Of a stretch of DNA of 64,000 nucleotides, positions 13,334 to 20,414 are shown piece by piece. The notes under the pieces were generated by a model. The model made no database searches. It saw only the letters and a program-made list of their open reading frames with translations, and was not told where the DNA came from. The position numbers and the translations under genes were made by a program. The number at the start of each line of letters is the position of its first letter. Positions within the stretch are counted from its first letter, which is position 1. The DNA comes from an uncultured Gemmatimonas sp. GTDB lineage: Bacteria; Gemmatimonadota; Gemmatimonadetes; Gemmatimonadales; GWC2-71-9. The DNA lies in the NCBI GenBank assembly GCA_964535105.1, contig CAZHSO010000003.1, positions 14,173-78,172 on the forward strand, in the 5' to 3' direction.

Positions 13334-14256
13334 TGCAGGAGACCGTCTACCGCTCCGAGCAGCCGCCGTTCACCTGGATCGACGTGACGGCCCCGACACC
13401 CGCCGAGCTGCAGGAGCTGGCTGCCCGGCACGGACTCCCGGCCACCGCGGTCGAGGACTGCCTCGATCCGGAGCACCTCCCGAAGTATGAGCGGTTCAGT
13501 GACTCGATCTTCCTGATCCTCCGGGTGTTCGACGCGGCCGCCCCGGAGTCCGCCGGCACGGTTCAGGAGCTCACCCGCAAGATCGCGCTCTTCCTCCGTG
13601 GCGATGTCGGTCTCACCGTGCACCGGGTGGATCTTCCCGCGATCGCCGCGGTGCGGGAGCGATTCAGCGGACCGGCGGCGGAGGAGAGCACCGGGACCGG
13701 GCTGCTGTCGGCTCTCGTCAAGGCCACCCTCGATACCTACGACAAGCCGCTGCAGCAGGCCGAGGACGACATCGACGCGTTCGAGGAGGGATTGTTCCGG
13801 CCCGACCTGCCGGCCCCGCCGCTCGACCGGGTCCACGTGCTCAAGCGGCGGGTGAGCCTGATCAAACGCATACTCTGGCAGACGCAGACCGTGATCGTCA
13901 GGATGACGCCGGCGGGGGAGCGGATGCTGCCGTTGTACCAGGACCTCAAGGAAAACACCGAGAGCTATCACTTCTGGGCCGATCAGCTCCAGGAGGATCT
14001 GAACAACCTCCTGAGCATACACGTCACCATGGCCTCGCACCGCACCAACGAGGTGATGCGGGTGCTGACGGTCTTCTCGGCGTTCTTCCTCCCCCTCACG
14101 TTCATCGTCGGCGTGTACGGGATGAACTTCGAGCACATGCCGGAGCTGGGAAAGCGGTGGGGATATCCGGCCGTAATTGCACTCATAGCAGCTGTCTGTC
14201 TCGTGATCTTCATCTGGTTCCGCCGGCGCGGATGGCTCGGCCGGGGACGTTCATGA
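13333..14256 (+). CDS. corA: CorA-family divalent cation (Mg/Co/Ni) transporter
   Basis: YGMNF (GMN) motif followed by two C-terminal TM helices. The ATG at 13333 shares 1 nt with the larB stop (TGATG). Confidence 0.9.
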   Translation: MQETVYRSEQPPFTWIDVTAPTPAELQELAARHGLPATAVEDCLDPEHLPKYERFSDSIFLILRVFDAAAPESAGTVQELTRKIALFLRGDVGLTVHRVDLPAIAAVRERFSGPAAEESTGTGLLSALVKATLDTYDKPLQQAEDDIDAFEEGLFRPDLPAPPLDRVHVLKRRVSLIKRILWQTQTVIVRMTPAGERMLPLYQDLKENTESYHFWADQLQEDLNNLLSIHVTMASHRTNEVMRVLTVFSAFFLPLTFIVGVYGMNFEHMPELGKRWGYPAVIALIAAVCLVIFIWFRRRGWLGRGRS

Positions 14257-15647
14257 GCTCGCTCATCTGGCTCGCGGCGGGGCTTGCTGCCGGAGCTATT
14301 GCCGGCTCGCTCATTAGCCGGGGGCGGCGGCCGAAACGTTCTGGGACGGCGCCCCAGCCCACGGCAGAAGGTCCTCCACTGCTGGAGTGGATTCTCCGGT
14401 CCAACGGCGCCATGGGGGCCTGGATGGTCGGCCCCGGCACGCGTGAGGTGGCAGTGCCCACCGGGGGCCTCTCCGACGACGTGGACCGTGTGGTCCGGGC
14501 GAGGCTGGAGCATCAGCGGGTGGGTGACGGGCAGGGCGTCGAGCGGCTGGGCTCGGGGACGCTCGTGTTCGCCAGCCTCGAGGGGCGTGCGGCGGGACTG
14601 CACCTCCCCGCCGACAGCTCTCCCCAGGCAACGGCGACGGCCCAGCGCGACCTCGCCCGGCTGCTGGACTATGACCGGTGGCGACCCGTCCTGGCCGACG
14701 TGGCCAAGGAGCAGGACACTCCCGGCGAGTCGGTGGAAAGTGTAGCGCTCCGTCTTGCGCATCAGTTGGAGCGGCTCCTCGGCGTCGAAACCTGCGTGGC
14801 GCTCGCCGACACCGCCGGCGTTCGCATCACCGGCGTCTCCCTGCGGACCGACCGCCGCCTTCTGCGCACCATTGTCGCCGAAGGGAGCGTGCTGGAGCAG
14901 GCAGCCCTCGGTCGCGCGGGCTCGATCGCCGGGGTAGTGGCGCCGTTCGGCGACGTCCTCTCCAGCCGCCGGCAGCGGCGCGACCCCGCCTTCGTCTGTC
15001 CTGTTCCTGGGGACAAAGTCCCGCTTGGCGCCGTCGCGGTGTGGACGACGGGTGGCGCGGAGCCGGTGGGCCCGCTGCTCGCGGCATTCCGAAGCGCGGT
15101 GGAGACGGCAGGTCCGCGCCTCCTCGCCGCGCAGGAGCGGCGGGCGCTCAATGATGCCGCCATTCGCGATCCGCTCACCGGGCTCCGAAACGGTCGCGGG
15201 CTCGGCGAGGTGATGTCTTCGATCAGCATGGCGACCGGTGCGCTGGTGTACGCCGACCTCGACGACTTCAAGCAGCTCAACGACGCATTGGGGCATCCGG
15301 CCGGCGACGCGGCGCTGGTGCATGTGTCCCGTCTGCTGATTCAGGCAGTGCGTGACAACGACACTGTCGCGAGGCACGGCGGCGAGGAATTCGCAATCTG
15401 GCTTCCGGGGGCGACACTGGAACGGGGCCGGCAGGTTGCCGAGCGGATCCGGCAGGCGCCCGCCTGGAGCGAGTGGAAGTGGCAGGGTGAGAAGCGGCCG
15501 CTGCGCGCGTCGTTCGGCGTGGCGGCGTGCCCCGATACCAGCGCCACCAAGGCGGGCCTGCCGGCCCAGGCCGACGCCGCGCTCTATGAAGCGAAGCGGG
15601 CGGGGCGCGATCGGGTGGTGGTGTTTGAGGAGGCAAGGAGGCAATGA
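14253..15647 (+). CDS. Membrane-anchored diguanylate cyclase (GGDEF domain)
   Basis: N-terminal TM helix (LIWLAAGLAAGAIAGSLI). C-terminal GGDEF domain with an intact GGEEF and an RxxD I-site (RDND) five residues upstream. ATGA overlap with corA. The last codons and the stop lie inside repeat array 15631-15670. Confidence 0.85.
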   Translation: MSSLIWLAAGLAAGAIAGSLISRGRRPKRSGTAPQPTAEGPPLLEWILRSNGAMGAWMVGPGTREVAVPTGGLSDDVDRVVRARLEHQRVGDGQGVERLGSGTLVFASLEGRAAGLHLPADSSPQATATAQRDLARLLDYDRWRPVLADVAKEQDTPGESVESVALRLAHQLERLLGVETCVALADTAGVRITGVSLRTDRRLLRTIVAEGSVLEQAALGRAGSIAGVVAPFGDVLSSRRQRRDPAFVCPVPGDKVPLGAVAVWTTGGAEPVGPLLAAFRSAVETAGPRLLAAQERRALNDAAIRDPLTGLRNGRGLGEVMSSISMATGALVYADLDDFKQLNDALGHPAGDAALVHVSRLLIQAVRDNDTVARHGGEEFAIWLPGATLERGRQVAERIRQAPAWSEWKWQGEKRPLRASFGVAACPDTSATKAGLPAQADAALYEAKRAGRDRVVVFEEARRQ

Positions 15648-15670
15648 GGCAAAGAGGCAAAGAGGCGAAA
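15631..15670 (+). repeat. Single-arm tandem 8-mer array (AGGCAANG x5)
   Basis: aggcaagg aggcaatg aggcaaag aggcaaag aggcgaaa. There is no complementary arm nearby. It contains the stop of the GGDEF gene and SD-like GAGGAGG/AAGGAGG strings, and ends 22 nt upstream of the dipeptidase ATG. Confidence 0.85.
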
Positions 15671-15691
15671 ACCAGAAGAGGAGATTTCCGA

Positions 15692-17002
15692 ATGACCCGG
15701 TGGTTTCGTTTGCTGTGCGCTACCCTCGGCTTGCTGGCCGGGCCCCTCAGGGCGCAGGAAGATCCGGCGCTGCTCGCGCGGGCCCGTGCCATCCACGATC
15801 GGGTGATGACCCTCGACACCCACGTGGACATCAACCCGTCCAATTTCACCGCCGAGCGGAACTACACCCAGCGGCTGCAGATCCAGGTCAACCTCCCGAA
15901 GATGGTGGACGGGGGGCTCGATGCCGTGTTCCTCATCGTCTACGTCGGGCAGCGGAACGACTTCACTCCGGAGGGCTACGCCCGGGCCCACGCCGCGGCG
16001 GTCGAGAAGTTCGAGGCGATCCACCGGCTGACGGAGCAGATCGCTCCCGACCGCATCGGGCTCGCCCTGACCGCCGCCGACGCCAGGAGCATCCACGCCA
16101 GCGGGAAGAAAGTGGCGCTGATCGGCATCGAGAACGGCTATCCAATCGGCACGGATCTAACCAACCTGAAGAAGTTCTACGACCTGGGTGGCCGGTACAT
16201 GTCGCTGGCCCACAACGGACACAGCCAGCTCTCCGATTCCAACACGGGCGAGAGGGACGGGGTGTGGCTTCACAACGGCCTCTCACCCCTCGGCCGCCAG
16301 GTCATCTCCGAGATGAACCGGCTCGGCATCATGGTGGACATCTCTCACCCGTCGAAGCAGTCGATGATGCAGACGCTGGTGCTCACCAGCGCGCCGATAA
16401 TCGCCTCGCACTCCGGGGTACGCGCCATCTGCAATCACTCGCGGAACCTCGACGACGAGCAGCTCCTCGGCCTCAAGAAGAACGGCGGGGTGGCCCAGCT
16501 CGTGGCTTTCGACAGTTATGTGAAGTGCGGACAAGAGTCTTCGGAGCGTCAGCAAGCCCAGGCGGCGCTGTTGCAGAAGTACGGCGTCACCGGTGCGGGG
16601 CGCGTCCAGGGCCTCCCGGATTCGGTGCGCGCCGCCTTCCAGCTGGACATGCAGGCGCTCAACCAGCAATACCCGCCGCCGCCCCGCGCCACGGTGAAGG
16701 ACTTCGCCAATCACATCGATTACGCCGTGAAGCTGATTGGCGTCGATCATGTGGGTGTCAGCTCGGACTTCGATGGCGGCGGCGGCGTGGAAGGGTGGAG
16801 CGACGCGAGCGAGACTTTCAATGTGACGCTCGAGCTGGTGCGGCGCGGCTACACCGAGGAGCAGATCGGGAAGCTGTGGAGCGGGAATCTCCTGCGGGTC
16901 ATGGAGCGCGTGGAAGCGGTCGCGAAGGGGCTGGGGAGCAAGAGAGCTAGGGAGCTAGGGAGTGCGGCCGTTCCCAAGCTCCCTAACCCCCTAGCTCCCT
17001 AG
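15692..17002 (+). CDS. Secreted membrane dipeptidase, peptidase family M19
   Basis: Signal peptide MTRWFRLLCATLGLLAGPLRAQ. M19 motifs LDTHVDI, SLAHNGHSQLSD, VDISHPS and ASHSG. The last ~22 codons and the TAG stop are encoded by hairpin 16934-17008. Confidence 0.85.
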   Translation: MTRWFRLLCATLGLLAGPLRAQEDPALLARARAIHDRVMTLDTHVDINPSNFTAERNYTQRLQIQVNLPKMVDGGLDAVFLIVYVGQRNDFTPEGYARAHAAAVEKFEAIHRLTEQIAPDRIGLALTAADARSIHASGKKVALIGIENGYPIGTDLTNLKKFYDLGGRYMSLAHNGHSQLSDSNTGERDGVWLHNGLSPLGRQVISEMNRLGIMVDISHPSKQSMMQTLVLTSAPIIASHSGVRAICNHSRNLDDEQLLGLKKNGGVAQLVAFDSYVKCGQESSERQQAQAALLQKYGVTGAGRVQGLPDSVRAAFQLDMQALNQQYPPPPRATVKDFANHIDYAVKLIGVDHVGVSSDFDGGGGVEGWSDASETFNVTLELVRRGYTEEQIGKLWSGNLLRVMERVEAVAKGLGSKRARELGSAAVPKLPNPLAP

Positions 17003-17008
17003 TTCCCT
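16934..17008 (+). repeat. Stacked tandem-octamer hairpin (GGGAGCTA-like x4 / TAGCTCCC-like x4)
   Basis: gggagcaa gagagcta gggagcta gggagtgc - ggccgttccc - aagctccc taaccccc tagctccc tagttccc. It spans the stop codon of the dipeptidase gene. Confidence 0.85.
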
Positions 17009-17289
17009 GTTTTCAGGATGGTCTCCTCCCGGAGCTTCATGTCTCGCCGCTGGCTATTCCGCCGCGCCCACCGGCTCTGTCACCCGTGCTGGTCCACCTT
17101 TCCAAGCTCCATGAGGCGCCGCACCAGGCGCACCTCATCGGGAGGGTCTGGGTCACGGTGGCGCTCAGGCAGACCAGAAGGAGGCCTCGGCTGGGGAGTA
17201 GCATGATCGTCACTTATGAAGGTAACAGTGAGAGAGGAGGCGAGATGTGAAGGTGTATTCTACTGTAATTCAAGAGGTTGGCGAGTACC

Positions 17290-17348
17290 AGAGGCAAGGA
17301 GGCAAGGAGGCGAAGTGAGAACCCGTTGCCTCTTTGCCTCTTTGCCTC
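17290..17348 (+). repeat. Stacked tandem-octamer hairpin (AGGCRAGG x3 / CTTTGCCT x3)
   Basis: The 25-position stem has 21 Watson-Crick pairs, 3 G.U pairs and 1 mismatch when folded as + strand RNA. It ends 38 nt upstream of the tmRNA 5' end. Confidence 0.9.
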
Positions 17349-17385
17349 AATCCTCCGTCCCATTATCATTCCCCGAGTTCCAGAA

Positions 17386-17749
17386 GGGGGCGACTGGCTT
17401 CGACGGGTCAGTAGAAGGTGTGGCAGCGTGCCCAGGTCCAGGTCCCTGGTAAAACCGCTTGGAAACGTTCAAATGCCAATTCTGATTTGGCGCTGGCTGC
17501 CTAAGCTGAGCTAGTCTCGCTCTAGGCACCTTCGGCGACGGAGCCCGTCCGGGGCGTCGGCGTCGAATACGCAAAACCGGGCTGGCCTGCTGTGGTCCTC
17601 CGACGCGGCAGGCGAGATTCTTCGGAGGTTCGTTCCGGGAAGGTTGGCCGATGACCGGCTCGGGACCACGCGAAGACACCGGCCTACGCACGTAGACGCT
17701 GCGCTGAAAGCTGGTTCGGACCAGGGTTCGATTCCCTGCGCCTCCACTA
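17386..17749 (+). ncRNA. ssrA: tmRNA (SsrA)
   Basis: 5' GGGGGCGACTGGCTTCGACGGG. The acceptor stem 17386-17392 pairs with 17739-17745 and includes the G3.U identity pair. T-arm reads GGTTCGATTCC. Tag reading frame 17475-17504 is GCC AAT TCT GAT TTG GCG CTG GCT GCC TAA, giving ANSDLALAA. After discriminator A17746 the genome reads CTA rather than CCA. Confidence 0.93.
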
Positions 17750-17757
17750 TCCAGGGA

Positions 17758-17816
17758 GTAGCGAAGAGCGAGTAGCGAGGAGGGGAACGTCCTCTTCGCT
17801 CTTCGCTCTTCGCTAT
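17758..17816 (+). repeat. Stacked tandem-heptamer hairpin (AGCGARG x3 / CTTCGCT x3)
   Basis: The 24-position stem has 21 Watson-Crick pairs, 2 G.U pairs and 1 mismatch on the + strand. It starts about 10 nt after the tmRNA 3' end. Confidence 0.9.
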
Positions 17817-17828
17817 TATTGTCTCATG

Positions 17829-17850
17829 CCCCGCCGGGTTTCCGGGCGGG
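17829..17850 (+). terminator. GC-rich stem-loop downstream of ssrA (possible terminator or processing hairpin; no U-tract)
   Basis: ccccgccgg gttt ccgggcggg forms an 8-bp GC stem with one bulged G and a GTTT loop. It is followed by aatcctctc rather than a T run. Confidence 0.35.
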
Positions 17851-17975
17851 AATCCTCTCGGTGACCCGAGCTGGGGGCGATAGGTCATGGCGAGGGCCGG
17901 TACGGATCTGGCGCTCCCGCTCGCCCGGCTTGCCTCTGCCGGATCAGGGTTGCCCTTCGAGGGTGAGGATTTGAT

Positions 17976-18002
17976 GGTGAGAGGCGACTGCACCCGCCCC
18001 TC
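17976..18002 (+). repeat. Bipartite motif GGTGAGAGGCGAC-N3-ACCCGCCCCTC, copy 1
   Basis: Both the 13-mer and the 11-mer are identical to copy 2 at 20201-20244. The halves can pair (gagaggcg / cgcccctc, 7 of 8). It lies about 80 nt upstream of the TPR gene start. Confidence 0.6.
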
Positions 18003-18078
18003 CTCGTCCCCCAGTCCCCCAGCCCTGGTCACTTCCCGCCATTGCAGGCATCTTAGAGTGTCTTTTCTGGATGATCCC

Positions 18079-19686
18079 ATGGTCGGGCAAGCTGGGTTAC
18101 AGCTCTTCGCCTGTGTCGTCTCTGCGCTGGCGGTTCCCTGCGCGGCGCAATCCGCCCATCCGCCCCACCCCGCGCAACCGACAGACCCGGTGCGCCTCGG
18201 CACCATCAGCTTCCCGACCTCGGCACTTCCCCCGGCACAGGCTGAGTTCCTCCGTGGCGTCCTCTACCTCCACAGCTTCGAGTACAGCAACGCCCAGAAG
18301 GCGTTCCGCCAGGCTCAAGCGCTGGAGCCCAATTTCGCGATGGCCTATTGGGGCGAGGCGATGACCCACACCCACCCCGTCTGGAACGAGCAGGATCTGG
18401 GCTCGGCGCGGGCCGCCCTTGAGCGCCTCGGCCCGATTTCGGAGGCGCGGCGCGCCAAGACGCCGACGCCCCGCGAGCAGGCCTACCTCGGCGCTGTCGA
18501 GACGCTCTACGGCGACGGCTCCAAGGCGCGACGCGACACGTTGTACGCCGCGGCCATGGAGCGTGTGGTCCATGAGTTTCCCGGCGATCCCGAGGCGAAG
18601 ATCTTTTACGCCTTGGCCCTGCTCGGGCTCAACCAGGGCGTGCGCGACACGACGACGTATCTGCGCGCCGCGCAGTTCGCGGATACGGTGTTCCGTGCCT
18701 TTCCCGACCATCCGGGCGCGGCGCATTTCCTGATCCACTCCTACGACGATCCAGTCCACGCTCCGCGAGGCCTGGAGGCGGCGCGGGCGTATGCGCGAAT
18801 CGCCCCGGATGCGGCGCACGCGCAGCACATGACGACCCACATCTTTCTCGCGATGGGAATGTGGGAAGACGTCGTCGCGCAGAACCGAATCGCTGTCGGG
18901 CTGACCGCGGAGATTCCCGGTCACTACACCAGCTGGCTGGTGTACGGCCTGATCCAGCAGGGGAAATACGAGGCAGCGCAGGCGATGCTGCAACAGCTGC
19001 GCAGCAACATGCGAAGCGACGCCCCCCGCGGCCAGCACACCTATCTGGCGGAGATGCGCGCGCATTTTCTGCTGCATTCGGAGGATTGGAACAACCCGGT
19101 GGCCGGCTGGCGACTCGATCGGGATCGGATGCTGCCGCTCGGCCGGCTGATCGATACCTATGTCGATGGGGCGATCGCGTACCGCCGCCGCGACGCGATG
19201 GCACTCTCCGCGGCCGCCAGCGCAGTGGCGCAGCACGCCGAGACGATCCGGATGGAACGCGGCCCCACGGATCCCACGACCTTCTCCGCCCGCGTCATGG
19301 CTCGTGAGCTGGGGGCGATGCAGCTCTTTCTCGGTGGCTCGCGGGAGGAGGCCATAGGCGCCCTGCGTGAAGCCGCCGCGCTGGAAGACGCCATGCCGAT
19401 GGAGTTCGGACCGCCGTCGATCGTGGATCCCTCCCACGAGGTGCTCGCAGCCCTGCTGCTCGAGGTGCAGCCCTCACAGGCGATGTCCTCATACCGTCGT
19501 GCGCTCGAGTTGGCCCCGGGGCGCTCCCGGGCGCTGGCCGGGCTGGTGCGCGCCGCCGTCGCGGCGGGCGACAAGCCGGCGGCCGAGGTTGCGCTGGCCC
19601 GAGTCGACGCGAATTGGCGTGATGCGGACCCCCGCATCCGCGAACTGCTGATCCCGCTTCGGAGCTTGGTTACGCGGATGCCCTAA
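18079..19686 (+). CDS. Secreted TPR-like repeat protein, function unknown
   Basis: Signal peptide [24 protein letters not shown] begins at the ATG at 18079 (track ORF starts at 17887). The body is helical-repeat-like with conserved-looking blocks [10 protein letters not shown] and HFLIHSYDD. Confidence 0.65.
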   Translation: MVGQAGLQLFACVVSALAVPCAAQSAHPPHPAQPTDPVRLGTISFPTSALPPAQAEFLRGVLYLHSFEYSNAQKAFRQAQALEPNFAMAYWGEAMTHTHPVWNEQDLGSARAALERLGPISEARRAKTPTPREQAYLGAVETLYGDGSKARRDTLYAAAMERVVHEFPGDPEAKIFYALALLGLNQGVRDTTTYLRAAQFADTVFRAFPDHPGAAHFLIHSYDDPVHAPRGLEAARAYARIAPDAAHAQHMTTHIFLAMGMWEDVVAQNRIAVGLTAEIPGHYTSWLVYGLIQQGKYEAAQAMLQQLRSNMRSDAPRGQHTYLAEMRAHFLLHSEDWNNPVAGWRLDRDRMLPLGRLIDTYVDGAIAYRRRDAMALSAAASAVAQHAETIRMERGPTDPTTFSARVMARELGAMQLFLGGSREEAIGALREAAALEDAMPMEFGPPSIVDPSHEVLAALLLEVQPSQAMSSYRRALELAPGRSRALAGLVRAAVAAGDKPAAEVALARVDANWRDADPRIRELLIPLRSLVTRMP

Positions 19687-20171
19687 CGGGGCAGGGTAAT
19701 CGCGGCGAGCTCGGCTTCCTGCTGGGCCCGGAACGCCCTCAGCTTCGCCGCGAGCTTGGCATCGGTCCGCGCCAGCATGGCCACCGCGAACAGCGCGGCG
19801 TTTTGCGCACCGGCGTCGCCGATGGCGAAGGTGGCGACCGGAATTCCCGCCGGCATCTGAACCGTGCTCAACAACGAATCAAGCCCCTGGAGGTGCTTGC
19901 TTGGCATCGGGACGCCGAGCACCGGAAGTGTGGTCTTGGCCGCCATCACCCCCGCCAGGTGGGCCGCGCCTCCCGCGGCAGCGATGATGCACACGAGGCC
20001 GCGGTCGGCCGCCTCCGACGCGTAGCGATGGGCGAGATCTGGGCTCCGGTGGGCGGAAACCACCTTGGCTTCGCACGGCACCTCAAACTCTTCCAGCCGG
20101 CGGATGGCCACCTGCATCACCTCCCAGTCAGAGGCCGAACCCATTATCACACCGACGAGAGGATTCGCCAT
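19683..20171 (-). CDS. purE: N5-carboxyaminoimidazole ribonucleotide mutase
   Basis: [25 protein letters not shown] and GGAAHLAG motifs. 162 aa from the ATG at 20171. The longer track ORF (to 20630) has no PurE-like N-terminal extension and was trimmed. Confidence 0.92.
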   Translation of the reverse strand: MANPLVGVIMGSASDWEVMQVAIRRLEEFEVPCEAKVVSAHRSPDLAHRYASEAADRGLVCIIAAAGGAAHLAGVMAAKTTLPVLGVPMPSKHLQGLDSLLSTVQMPAGIPVATFAIGDAGAQNAALFAVAMLARTDAKLAAKLRAFRAQQEAELAAITLPR

Positions 20172-20200
20172 GGGGACTCCGGAGGCTAGGCGGCCAAGAG

Positions 20201-20244
20201 GGTGAGAGGCGACGGCGCGAGGAGGCAAAGTAGACCCGCCCCTC
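20201..20244 (+). repeat. Bipartite motif GGTGAGAGGCGAC-N20-ACCCGCCCCTC, copy 2
   Basis: Same 13-mer and 11-mer as copy 1. The 20-nt spacer contains an aggcaaag unit. It lies in the purE / GGDEF-EAL divergent spacer, about 170 nt upstream of the + strand gene. Confidence 0.6.
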
Positions 20245-20414
20245 TGGGGATGCGAGGGAGGCGGGTGGTAGCGGGGGGTCGCGAGGGCGCCCACCGGAGG
20301 CCCCAACCCCTTGTGTGACCATGGCATAGCATCCCCCGAACTACTTGGCCCGCGCGTTGCTGATTGGACCCGTGCCGGGGACGTTTTCCCGGTCACTCCC
20401 AAGCCCGGATCGTG

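Noticed and set aside
17511-18206. 231-aa minus-strand ORF, plus small + strand ORFs at 17018-17206, 17216-17452 and 17278-17514.
   Set aside because: They overlap the tmRNA gene, its flanking repeat hairpins and the non-coding leader. Their translations look like noise. A possible 58-aa minus-strand ORF at about 17040-17213 has no Shine-Dalgarno sequence and no recognisable features.
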